Shown here: in pieces, positions 10,633 to 19,759 of the stretch
Position numbering within the stretch: the stretch's first letter is position 1
Layout: each line of letters starts with the position of its first letter
Assembly (NCBI GenBank): GCA_905207115.1
Contig: CAJLKD010000006.1
Span: forward strand, 29-64,028
Length of the DNA: 64,000 nt
Reading direction: 5' to 3'
From: Bifidobacterium angulatum
GTDB lineage: Bacteria > Actinomycetota > Actinomycetes > Actinomycetales > Bifidobacteriaceae
Notes under the pieces: generated by a model
Database searches by the model: none
Seen by the model: only the letters and a program-made list of their open reading frames with translations
Told to the model about the DNA's origin: nothing
Translations under genes and position numbers: made by a program

Positions 10633-11336
10633 GAAGACAGACGGTGGACCCTCGCATCAGAGCGAAGGTCATCGCCACATGGGGCAACCGCTGCTGGCTC
10701 GGTATGCCGGGCTGCTCCGTCACCGCGACCGAGGACGACCACATCATCCCGTTCAGCCACGGCGGCCAGGACACCGTGGCGAACCTGCGCCGCGCGTGCA
10801 AGCACTGCAACGCGATGCGCCAGGACCGTGTGCTGTCCGGTTACGGCGCGACCCTGCACGCGGTCATCGGACCGCCGCGCGCCGACTTCGGCATGTCCAT
10901 GCAGTCGATGCTGCGCCGTGACAGCATCGTGGTGAGCTTCGATAGCCTGCTACGCGACCTGTGCCCGACCCAGGTCCATGCGACCGACGGGCTCCGTCTC
11001 GCCGCCGCGATGGCATGGGACGGCGCGGCCCGCACGCTGGCCAAGAGCTCGGAACCGTTGGACGTGTGGCTGGTGCGCACGCTGCCACGCTCACGACGCC
11101 ATCCCGACATGCTGTCCGAATGGATCGCCTTGGATTACGATGTGCATGTCATCGAAACCCCGGCCGATGCGACGTTCGCCAATGACCTGACGGCGCAGGA
11201 ATACCGGACCGCGCAGCAATGGTACTCGCTGCATCTCACACAGCAGGCGGTGGACGCCCGCATGGCCGAGAGACGGCAGCGGCTGACCGCTCTGGGCCTT
11301 CGCCACGACGGAACGGCCGCGCGGCCGAGATGGTGA
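10629..11336 (+). CDS. HNH endonuclease fused to a P-loop-like domain (packaging-associated)
   Basis: CWLGMPGC...DHIIPFSHGG...NLRRACKHCN; lies just before the terminase genes. Confidence 0.85.
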   Translation: MRRQTVDPRIRAKVIATWGNRCWLGMPGCSVTATEDDHIIPFSHGGQDTVANLRRACKHCNAMRQDRVLSGYGATLHAVIGPPRADFGMSMQSMLRRDSIVVSFDSLLRDLCPTQVHATDGLRLAAAMAWDGAARTLAKSSEPLDVWLVRTLPRSRRHPDMLSEWIALDYDVHVIETPADATFANDLTAQEYRTAQQWYSLHLTQQAVDARMAERRQRLTALGLRHDGTAARPRW

Positions 11337-11400
11337 CTCGCTTTTTTAAACGACCGACGGCCCGAAGACCCCGCGCCAAGTCTTTTCTCCCCCCAGAACC
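11337..11400. other. candidate cos/packaging region
   Basis: Non-coding gap between HNH and small terminase with a T-run, GACCCCGCGCC (11367-11377) and TTTTCTCCCCCC; position typical of cos phages. Confidence 0.45.
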
Positions 11401-11445
11401 ATGCAAAAAAGTGGAAAAACGTTGGAAAACCAAGGAAAAACAAAC

Positions 11446-11766
11446 ATGAATCAAGGAATATTGGAAGGTTTCGAGGAATACACGCATCCCTACGGCATCA
11501 TCGGCCTTCAGGAGCAGGCGACCCTGAATCTCATCAAAAGCTTCATGGACGGCAAGACGTTGACGCCGGAAGCCACCTACATCTGCAAGTCGATGCTCTC
11601 GATCGCCAGGAACATCGACCTCCAGAACAACAAGGGACGCGAAATCAGCCGTAACATGACCTCGCTGCTCACATGGTTCCAGGAACTCAAGTCGATGTAT
11701 CCGGACCAGCCGCAGCTCGACCCGACGCTGGCCGACTTCATCGCCGACGCGAAGGCCGGACTGTGA
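11446..11766 (+). CDS. putative terminase small subunit
   Basis: Helical 106-aa protein directly upstream of TerL; AAGGA SD. Confidence 0.6.
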   Translation: MNQGILEGFEEYTHPYGIIGLQEQATLNLIKSFMDGKTLTPEATYICKSMLSIARNIDLQNNKGREISRNMTSLLTWFQELKSMYPDQPQLDPTLADFIADAKAGL

Positions 11767-11768
11767 CC

Positions 11769-13208
11769 ATGCTCATGCGCGGCGGCACGAAACGCGACGA
11801 ATCACGGCCGACAGACGGCGCGATCGTGGCCAGGACGGCCGAGATGCTCGGCAAGCCGCTGCTGCCATGGCAACGATACGTGGCCGACGTGGCCGGGGAA
11901 ATCGACCCGGACACCGGCACGTACTTCTACGACCGCGTGGTTTTGAGCACGCCGCGCCAGTGCGGCAAGAGCACGCTGATCGATACCGAGGACACGAGAA
12001 ACGCGCTGCTCGGACCTGACAGGAAGATCTACTACCTCGCGCAGACCGGCAAGGACGCCGAGAAACACTTCAAGGACTTCGTGCAGCAGCTCTCAAAATC
12101 GAAGCTCGCGCCGTTCGCCCTCAAGCCGCGGCTTTCCAACGGCGGGATGGAGCAACGTTTCGGAAACGGCAGCTTCATCTGCCCGCTGGCCGTGACCAAA
12201 GTGGCCGGCCATGGCACGCAGATGGACAAGTTCACCATCGATGAGGCGTTCAGTCTGGACGACGAGACCGGCAAACTGATCCTCGACGGCATGGCACCGA
12301 CCATGAACACAAGACTTCATTTCACCGGCGTCCAGCCGCAGATCTGGATCACCTCGACCGAAGGCACGGCAGATTCCACGTTCCTCAACGGCCTGCTCGA
12401 CTCCTTCCGCGCCGGAAACGTGCCGACACGCACCTGCTGGTTCGATTTCGGCATCCCCGACGACGCCGACCCCGATGACTTCCAGACGATCCTGAAATGG
12501 CATCCGGCCGCCGGCCTGCTCTGGGACGTCCGGCAATTGCGCGACTTCCGTGAGCAGTTCGCCGGCAACGAGGCCGGTTGGGCGCGCGCCTTCGGCAACC
12601 GGCGAGACAACGGCGTGGCCGAGCGCGTCATCCCCGACCAGCTGTGGCAATCGACGTTGGCCACACCAATCACACCGGACCGGATCGACGGCCGACCCGT
12701 GGTGATCGCCGCGGCCGTCGATGTGGATGCCACGAACACGTCGATCTCGGCCGCGATTCTCAACCATGACGACACCGTGACCGTGCAATTGCTCGAAGTC
12801 CTGGACGGCACCGGCATGGCACCCGCCGAGATCATGAGAATCTGCGGCACCTACCACGCGCCGCTGGTCATGGACGGCAAAGGGCCTAACGCCGACCTGC
12901 ACGACCGGCTCGTATCCATGACCGATGAAGCCGGCGACCCACTGATTGACTTCATCGCCATGCAATCAGCCGACTATCTCGCGGTCGGCCAGGCATTCGT
13001 CAGTGGTTTGCAGAACAAGCTGATACGCCACGCCGCCGATGCCGAGCTCGACGCAAGCGCGGCCAACTGCGCAAGGACGTGGAGCGGCGACGCGTGGCGC
13101 GTCACACGGCGTGGCAGCACAGGGCTGACCTCGCCGATTGAATCATGCATGCTGGCCTCGTGGGGCGCGCATCACCTGCCCTCGGACGGCGCGCTGCAAA
13201 TCTTCTGA
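11769..13208 (+). CDS. terminase large subunit
   Basis: LLPWQ Q-motif, PRQCGKST Walker A, FTIDEA Walker B, C-terminal nuclease region. Confidence 0.93.
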   Translation: MLMRGGTKRDESRPTDGAIVARTAEMLGKPLLPWQRYVADVAGEIDPDTGTYFYDRVVLSTPRQCGKSTLIDTEDTRNALLGPDRKIYYLAQTGKDAEKHFKDFVQQLSKSKLAPFALKPRLSNGGMEQRFGNGSFICPLAVTKVAGHGTQMDKFTIDEAFSLDDETGKLILDGMAPTMNTRLHFTGVQPQIWITSTEGTADSTFLNGLLDSFRAGNVPTRTCWFDFGIPDDADPDDFQTILKWHPAAGLLWDVRQLRDFREQFAGNEAGWARAFGNRRDNGVAERVIPDQLWQSTLATPITPDRIDGRPVVIAAAVDVDATNTSISAAILNHDDTVTVQLLEVLDGTGMAPAEIMRICGTYHAPLVMDGKGPNADLHDRLVSMTDEAGDPLIDFIAMQSADYLAVGQAFVSGLQNKLIRHAADAELDASAANCARTWSGDAWRVTRRGSTGLTSPIESCMLASWGAHHLPSDGALQIF

Positions 13209-13210
13209 CG

Positions 13211-13250
13211 TGTCACCGTTTGTCACCGTTTGTCACCGAATGTCACCGTT
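13211..13250 (+). repeat. 4 x 10-bp tandem repeat TGTCACCG(TT/AA)
   Basis: tgtcaccgtt tgtcaccgtt tgtcaccgaa tgtcaccgtt. Confidence 0.95.
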
Positions 13251-13290
13251 TTTTTGGCCGTGACGTAACCGCGGCCATATTCTCGGCGGC

Positions 13291-14394
13291 ATGAACCTTT
13301 GGAAACGAATGAAGCTCGCCGGCCGCGTGCTCACGCGTGGCGCGGAAGGCACGGACATGCCGGAAGGCGTCAAGCCGCCGGCACGGCGTTCGGACACCGA
13401 ACCGCTTCAACTGTCCACGGTGTTCCGTGGCGTGCAGGTGTTGCAGACGGCCATCACCGGGCTCCCGGTCGTGGAGCAGCGAGGCGGCCGTGATCTGCCG
13501 GACGTGAGCCCGTTGGTGTTGCAGCCGGACGTGTCCCGTTCACGACGTGATTTCATCGCCGACATCGTGGCCTCGCTCGTGCTCGACGGCAACGCGTTCA
13601 CCCGCATCGTGCGCGACTGGCAGGGCGAGATCGTGACATGCGAGGTGCTGCCGCCGCAATACGTGACCGTCACGGACGAAAGCGATGACCCCGCGCGGCC
13701 TGACCTGCGGTTCTCCTATCTCGGCCGCGACTACACGACGGAGGACATCGTGCACAGCAAGTTCCTCAACGTGCCCGGACGTCTTCGCGGCCTCGGCCCC
13801 ATCTCGGCGGCGCGCGAGGAAATCGAGGGCGCGCAGCTCGCGCGCGACTACAAGACGAAGTTCTTCACCGATGGCTCGAACCTCAAGGGCTATCTGCGCA
13901 CGAGCGAGAACGTCACGAAGGAGACCGCGCAGCAGGCGAAGGAAGCGTGGAAGAGCGACGGCACCGCAGGTGACATCAAGGTGCTAGGCAAAGCCCTGGA
14001 ATACGTGCCGCTCGACATGAAGCCGGCGGACCTGCAATTTCTGGAGACGCAGAAGTTCGACACCACGCAGATCGCCCGTCTGCTCGGCATCCCGGCAAGC
14101 ATCATGCTCGCCGCCGTCGATGGCTCGAACCTCACCTACAGCAACATCGAACAGTCCTGGATCGAGTTCGCGGACTACACGCTGGCGGCCTACACCGGCG
14201 AGATCGAGGAGATCTTCAACCGCCTGCTGCCGCGCGGCCGAACCGCGAAGTTCGACTGGGACAGCTCGCAGCGCGCGAACATGAGCGACCGATACACGGC
14301 TTACAAGACCGCCATCGAGGCCGGTTTCCTCACCGTCGATGACGTGAGGCGCAAGGAAGGGCTGCCGGCACTCGTGAAGGGAGAAGACCAATGA
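13291..14394 (+). CDS. portal protein (HK97-like)
   Basis: LVLDGNAF, GLGPI, QFLETQKF...IARLLGIP, YSNIEQ. Confidence 0.93.
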   Translation: MNLWKRMKLAGRVLTRGAEGTDMPEGVKPPARRSDTEPLQLSTVFRGVQVLQTAITGLPVVEQRGGRDLPDVSPLVLQPDVSRSRRDFIADIVASLVLDGNAFTRIVRDWQGEIVTCEVLPPQYVTVTDESDDPARPDLRFSYLGRDYTTEDIVHSKFLNVPGRLRGLGPISAAREEIEGAQLARDYKTKFFTDGSNLKGYLRTSENVTKETAQQAKEAWKSDGTAGDIKVLGKALEYVPLDMKPADLQFLETQKFDTTQIARLLGIPASIMLAAVDGSNLTYSNIEQSWIEFADYTLAAYTGEIEEIFNRLLPRGRTAKFDWDSSQRANMSDRYTAYKTAIEAGFLTVDDVRRKEGLPALVKGEDQ

Positions 14395-15947
14395 ACATCG
14401 AGAAACGTGAAATCGCCTGGAAGGGGCTGACGCTCCGCTCGGCCGACGACGCCGGGGCATCGACGGTGGAGGGCGTCGCCGTGCCGTTCGGCGACATCAT
14501 CGACACGTGGGACGGCGCGGAGACCTTCGACCGCGATTGCTCGTTCGACGGGCTTGACGAGGCGAAACTGTGCTTCGAGCACGGCGAGACCATCGGACGG
14601 ATCACCAACGCGGAAAGCACCGACGACGGCCTGCACATCACCGCGCGGATCAGCGACACGGCACGCGGCCGCGACGCGATGACCCTGATCCGTGACGGCG
14701 TGCTCGACAGCTTCTCGGTCGGCTTCGTCCCGATCGAATCGCAGAAGGACCGCGACGGCATCACCCACCGCCGCAAGGTCAGGCTGCTTGAGACCAGCAT
14801 CGTGAGCTGGCCGGCCTACCAGAACGCGAAAATGACCAAATCAGCGGCACCAGCCGTCGAACACAGGAAGGAAACCATGGAAAACAACAACGAACTGATG
14901 GACCTGATCCAGTCCGTCCAGGAGGAACAGCGCGGCATCAAAGCCGAAATCACCAAGATGGGCGCGAAACCAGAGCCGGCGGCCATCGGCGCGGCCTACC
15001 GAAGCCACGGCGAATACATGCAGGCACTCGCGCGTGGCGACGAGCAGGCCATGACCGTGATGAAGGAATGCCGTGACCTGATCTCGACCAAGGACACCGG
15101 CAACACCGCCACCTGGATCGCCGATGACCTCAAACTGATCGAGGAACGCCGCAAAGTCTCCCAGCTTCTGACCCATGACACGCTCCCGGCCACAGGCATG
15201 AGCATGGAATACCATGTCGTGACCTCCGACGGCACCGCAGCCGGCAAGCAGACCGAGGAAGGCGCCGATCTTTCCTTCGGAAAAATCAGCTTCGGCACCA
15301 AGACGGCCGACATCAACACCTACGGCGGCTACACCACCCTATCCCGCCAGACCATCGAACGCAGCACCACGCCGATGCTCAACACCGCGATCACCGCGTT
15401 GCAGAACGCTTACGCGAAGGCCACCGAGAAAGCCGTGCGCGACCACCTGTATGCGGAGATCAAGGCTCAGCGCGACGCGTCCAAGGACGCCAACAAGATC
15501 GACGCCCCGCAGCTCGCGAACATGACCATCGACGATTGGGTGTCCCTGATCATCGACGCGTCCGAGCTGGCCGACGACCGCAACGTGTCGCTGACCCGCC
15601 TCGCGGTCTCCAAGGACGTGCTCAAGGCGCTGGTGGGGCTCAAGGACACCGGCGACCGTTTCTTCAACCTCAGCGGCGACGGGTCGGACACCATCGGAAG
15701 TTTCGACCTGACCGGCGTGGCCGGCACGTTCATGCGCGTCCCTGTCGTGCTGCTGCCGAACGCCGATGCCGGGCTGGCCAGCTTCATCGACCCGGCCGCC
15801 GTGACCGTCTGGGAGTCCGGCGGCCCCGCACAGCTGACGGACGGGAACGTGACCGGCCTGACAAACTCCTACAGCGTCTACGGATACATGGCCGTGGCCA
15901 CGACCTATGCCGACGGCCTGATTCCGGTGAAGTTCGCCACGGCATGA
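14391..15947 (+). CDS. fused prohead protease and major capsid protein
   Basis: N-terminal HK97-type protease (EGVAVPF, EHGETIG, SFSVGF, LLETSIVSWPAY) continuous with a capsid-sized C-terminal region. Confidence 0.88.
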   Translation: MNIEKREIAWKGLTLRSADDAGASTVEGVAVPFGDIIDTWDGAETFDRDCSFDGLDEAKLCFEHGETIGRITNAESTDDGLHITARISDTARGRDAMTLIRDGVLDSFSVGFVPIESQKDRDGITHRRKVRLLETSIVSWPAYQNAKMTKSAAPAVEHRKETMENNNELMDLIQSVQEEQRGIKAEITKMGAKPEPAAIGAAYRSHGEYMQALARGDEQAMTVMKECRDLISTKDTGNTATWIADDLKLIEERRKVSQLLTHDTLPATGMSMEYHVVTSDGTAAGKQTEEGADLSFGKISFGTKTADINTYGGYTTLSRQTIERSTTPMLNTAITALQNAYAKATEKAVRDHLYAEIKAQRDASKDANKIDAPQLANMTIDDWVSLIIDASELADDRNVSLTRLAVSKDVLKALVGLKDTGDRFFNLSGDGSDTIGSFDLTGVAGTFMRVPVVLLPNADAGLASFIDPAAVTVWESGGPAQLTDGNVTGLTNSYSVYGYMAVATTYADGLIPVKFATA

Positions 15948-16276
15948 TGATCGCTGACAACATCCTGCTGCAACGACTCCGCGACGAGGTGGGTGTCCCG
16001 GCCGGAGAGGACGAACGGCTCACGGTCAAACTCGCGGCGGCGAAGCGATACGTCGCGCACGCGGTCGGCACCGCCACCGTGGACGACGATCTGCTGGCCG
16101 ACTGCATCGTCTCCTGCGCCGCCGACCTGTTCAACATGCGTGACGCGCGCCTCGGCGTGATGGACGTGGGAGACTCGACCGTTGAACCGTTCAGGATCTC
16201 AACAGACCCGCTCCGCTCGGTCTGGCCGAAACTCCGCGCCGCCGGCGTGCTCACCGGGGGCATGGTGATCGCATGA
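15944..16276 (+). CDS. head-tail connector/adaptor
   Basis: 110 aa directly after the capsid gene, ATGA overlap. Confidence 0.7.
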   Translation: MMIADNILLQRLRDEVGVPAGEDERLTVKLAAAKRYVAHAVGTATVDDDLLADCIVSCAADLFNMRDARLGVMDVGDSTVEPFRISTDPLRSVWPKLRAAGVLTGGMVIA

Positions 16277-16650
16277 ACATCCAGGAACAACGCGCCGCGC
16301 TGATGAACACGCTCACCGACATGCTCGATGGACTGGTCAGCAGCGTCAGCATCGACGCCCAACTGATCCGTCCGACAGCCGGCAAAGTCGCGGTGTTCAT
16401 CGAACCGCCAACCGTGGAATGGCCATCATGGGGCCCGCCAGAACCGGTCTGGACGTTGGACGTCATCGCCGGCACGCCGGCCACGCAGCCATCGGCCGTC
16501 GATGACATCCTCGCCGCGCTCGACCGGCTCGCCGACAAGGGCCTGAACCTGCAGAAGGCCACGCCGGCAAGCTGGAGCCTGGCCGGCGCCGGCACGCTCG
16601 CGGCCTACCAGGTCACATTGAACGCTTTGGAAATCGAAGAAACAGAATAG
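16273..16650 (+). CDS. putative tail terminator / head-tail joining protein
   Basis: Synteny and size. Confidence 0.6.
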   Translation: MNIQEQRAALMNTLTDMLDGLVSSVSIDAQLIRPTAGKVAVFIEPPTVEWPSWGPPEPVWTLDVIAGTPATQPSAVDDILAALDRLADKGLNLQKATPASWSLAGAGTLAAYQVTLNALEIEETE

Positions 16651-16663
16651 GAAGGAAACAATC

Positions 16664-17077
16664 ATGGCTGGAAAGATCCGCACGCTCGGCCCAGGCATCT
16701 TCAAGATCACGGACACGTCCGACGGCAGGGACTTCAGCGCCGACCTGACCAAGGCGCAGCTGAACCCGTCGAACAGCAGCGACGACCCGACCACCTACCT
16801 CGACGGATCAGAGGAGACGAACACCACGACCACATGGACGTTCGAGGGCACCATAGGCGACGACTTCAGCGAGGACGGTCTGGCCGTCTGGCTCTTCGAC
16901 CACAAGGGCGAAACACTGCCGGCCCAGTTCGTACCAAACAAGAACGGCAAGATCCAGTGGACCTTCAACGTCACCATCGCGCCAATCGCCATCGGCGGCG
17001 ACGTCAAGTCCAAGAACACGAACGATCTGAGTTTCGCCGTCACGAACGTCGCCCACGCCGCATACGAGGGCAAGTGA
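16664..17077 (+). CDS. major tail protein
   Basis: Thr/Gly-rich beta protein with strong SD, upstream of chaperone and tape measure genes. Confidence 0.75.
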   Translation: MAGKIRTLGPGIFKITDTSDGRDFSADLTKAQLNPSNSSDDPTTYLDGSEETNTTTTWTFEGTIGDDFSEDGLAVWLFDHKGETLPAQFVPNKNGKIQWTFNVTIAPIAIGGDVKSKNTNDLSFAVTNVAHAAYEGK

Positions 17078-17460
17078 TGGCGGACAAGGCGCTGATGGTC
17101 GTCGGCCAGAGACGCTTCGTGCAGACGATGCGCAAGGCCGGCGCGGACATGGACGACCTGAAGGAAGTGAACCGCGAAGCCGCGCAGATAGCACTGCCCG
17201 CCGTCCGCAACCTCGCGCCGCGCGGCAAGACCGGCCGGCTGGCCGGAAGTCTGCGTGTCGGTGCGACGAAACGCGCCGGCGTCATCCGCGCCGGCCGCAA
17301 GGCCGTGCCCTACGCAGGACCAACCAACTACGGGTGGCCAGCCCGCCGCATCAAGCCCCGGCTCTTCGTCAACAACGGCGTCGCCTCCACCGAGAGCCAA
17401 TGGCAAAAGGTCTACAAAGACTTCATCGACAAGACACTGAACCAAGTGAAAGGAAAATAA
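17077..17460 (+). CDS. HK97 gp10-like virion morphogenesis protein
   Basis: LAPRGKTGRLAGSL...VPYA motif; TGATG overlap. Confidence 0.7.
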   Translation: MADKALMVVGQRRFVQTMRKAGADMDDLKEVNREAAQIALPAVRNLAPRGKTGRLAGSLRVGATKRAGVIRAGRKAVPYAGPTNYGWPARRIKPRLFVNNGVASTESQWQKVYKDFIDKTLNQVKGK

Positions 17461-17732
17461 TGGCAACTACCCGCATCACCTACACGGACGGGACCAGCGA
17501 ACTAGTGCCGATCACCATGCGCGCCACCTGCAAAGCCGAGGCGCACGCCATCGACGCGGGCTGGGGGCCCATCACCCAGTCCCCCGTCCGTTCCGGCGCG
17601 TACGCGGCCTACGCGGCCCTGCGCATGGCCGGCCGCAGCATGCCTGATTTCGAGCATTGGCTGGACACCGTGGCGTCCTTCGACCTTGCGGCAGCGAAGG
17701 AGGAGCCGGAAGAGGGAAACCCTACGGACTAG
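17460..17732 (+). CDS. tail assembly chaperone (G form)
   Basis: 90 aa ending in slippery G GGA AAC. Confidence 0.8.
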   Translation: MATTRITYTDGTSELVPITMRATCKAEAHAIDAGWGPITQSPVRSGAYAAYAALRMAGRSMPDFEHWLDTVASFDLAAAKEEPEEGNPTD

Positions 17733-17890
17733 CCGCGTGGCCTCAAGGCTCGCTCGGCCGTCTCTCGTTCCTCCTGGCAAGCCGTTTCGGCGGCACGCCA
17801 TGGCAATGGAGGAACGAGGCCGACGAGCTGGATTGGGGCACCGGACTGGCCGAACTGCTCAAGGAAGCGGAAGAAACACGGAAGGAGTGA
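17714..17890 (+). CDS. tail assembly chaperone -1 frameshift extension (GT form)
   Basis: -1 frame GKPYGLAAWPQG...EETRKE stays open until 3 nt before the tape measure start. Confidence 0.75.
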   Translation, partial: GKPYGLAAWPQGSLGRLSFLLASRFGGTPWQWRNEADELDWGTGLAELLKEAEETRKE

Positions 17891-17893
17891 ACC

Positions 17894-19759
17894 GTGGCGC
17901 ACAGCGCGATCATGAGCGTGCGCATCACCGGCAACGCCGATGATGCCGTCAAGGCGTTCGAGAAGACCACCACGAAGGCCGCCGCTTTCGGCAGCGCCAT
18001 CGGCGGACTCGCCGTCAAGGGCGTGACCGCGCTGTGGGACACGGTGAAGGGCTTCGCCAGCGACGTGGTGAACATGTCGGACAGCACCGACAAGTTCATG
18101 AACACCATGAGCTTCGCCGGCATCGACACGAAGGCCGTGCAGGCCGCCGCCAAGGAAACCCGCAAATACGCGGACGACACCGTGTACGGGCTCGATGACA
18201 TCCAGAACACCACCGCGCAGCTGGCCGCCAACGGCATCGGCAACTACATGGAACTGACCGAGGCGGCCGGCAACCTGAACGCAGTGGCCGGCGGCAACGC
18301 CGACACGTTCAAAAGCGTCGCGATGATGCTCACGCAGACCGCAGGCGCGGGCAAGCTCACCACCGAGAACTGGAACCAGCTGACCGACGCCATCCCGGGC
18401 GCGTCCGGCAAACTCCAGGAGGCCCTGCTGAAGAACGGCGCGTACACGGGCAACTTCCGTGACGCCATGGCCAAGGGCGAGATCACGGCCGACGAGTTCA
18501 ACCAGGCGCTGCTGGACCTCGGCATGACCGACGTGGCGAAACAGGCCGCGACATCGACCAGCACCATCGAGGGAGCCATGGGCAACCTCGAAGCCGCCGT
18601 GGTCGGTGGTCTGACCGACGCGTTCAACCTGTTCAAACCTGCCGTGACCGGCGGCATCAACGCGGCATCAACTGCCGTGACCAGTCTGGCCACCACCGGC
18701 GTGCAGGGATTGCAGACGTTCTTCGGCCAGGTCAAGGACACCGGAGCGTTCACCGCCTTGCAGTCGGCCGCGCAGTCGGTCGGCGGCGGCCTGCAATCAT
18801 TGTGGAACGGCATCATGGCGGTCGTGAATGCGATGACCGGAGGACAGCCGGCGGGAACCGCGTTCGGCAACGTGCTCAACACCGTCGCCACGGCCGCGCA
18901 GACGGTCGGCGGCTGGCTGAAGACCGCCGGCGACTGGATCAGTCGAAACACGGATCTCGTGACCCCCCTCGTGGCCGCGATCGGCGGAGCCGTGGCGGCC
19001 GTCACCGCCGTCACCACCGCCATGCGGATTGCCGCCGTCGCTCAAGCGCTGCTCAACGCGGTCATGGCCGCGAACCCGATCATGCTGGTCATCACGCTCA
19101 TCGCCGCGCTCGTGGCCGGACTCACCTACTTCTTCACCTGCACCAACACCGGCAAGGCCGTGTGGTCGAGCTTCACGGGTTTCCTCTCCGGCTGTGTGCA
19201 GGGCATCATCGGCTTCTTCTCCGGTCTCGGCTCCACCATCATCGGCATCTTCAGCTCGGCCGCGAACGGTGCCAGGAACGCGTGGAACGGCGTGGTCGGC
19301 TGGTTCCGTGGACTGCCGGGCTCCATCGCCGGGTTCTTCGGCAACGCCGGCAGCATCCTGTACAACGCCGGCGCAAGCATCATCAGCGGTTTCCTCAACG
19401 GCCTGAAATCGATGTGGAGCAACGTGACCGGCTGGATCAGCGGCATCGGCGACTGGATCAAGGCCCACAAGGGCCCGATCAGCTACGACCGTCGCCTGCT
19501 CATCCCCGCCGGCCAGGCCATCATGACCGGTTTCGCACAGGGCCTCAACAACGGGTTCGACAACCACGTCGAGACCGCTATCAGCCGCGCCAACCGCAGA
19601 CTAGCGGCCATGCCCCTCAACGTCTCCGCCCAGGGCAACACGACCACGCCAGTGGTCAACACCTGGAACGTGGAGATCAACGGCGAGGTCATCGACAAGG
19701 ACGGCACCGCCAAGGCCATCAAACGGCTTCTGGCCGACTACGACGCAAGGAGGTCGTGA
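17894..19759 (+). CDS. tape measure protein
   Basis: 621 aa Ala/Gly-rich; tape-measure domain (GKLTTENWNQL) and Trp/Phe periodic repeats. Confidence 0.92.
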   Translation: MAHSAIMSVRITGNADDAVKAFEKTTTKAAAFGSAIGGLAVKGVTALWDTVKGFASDVVNMSDSTDKFMNTMSFAGIDTKAVQAAAKETRKYADDTVYGLDDIQNTTAQLAANGIGNYMELTEAAGNLNAVAGGNADTFKSVAMMLTQTAGAGKLTTENWNQLTDAIPGASGKLQEALLKNGAYTGNFRDAMAKGEITADEFNQALLDLGMTDVAKQAATSTSTIEGAMGNLEAAVVGGLTDAFNLFKPAVTGGINAASTAVTSLATTGVQGLQTFFGQVKDTGAFTALQSAAQSVGGGLQSLWNGIMAVVNAMTGGQPAGTAFGNVLNTVATAAQTVGGWLKTAGDWISRNTDLVTPLVAAIGGAVAAVTAVTTAMRIAAVAQALLNAVMAANPIMLVITLIAALVAGLTYFFTCTNTGKAVWSSFTGFLSGCVQGIIGFFSGLGSTIIGIFSSAANGARNAWNGVVGWFRGLPGSIAGFFGNAGSILYNAGASIISGFLNGLKSMWSNVTGWISGIGDWIKAHKGPISYDRRLLIPAGQAIMTGFAQGLNNGFDNHVETAISRANRRLAAMPLNVSAQGNTTTPVVNTWNVEINGEVIDKDGTAKAIKRLLADYDARRS

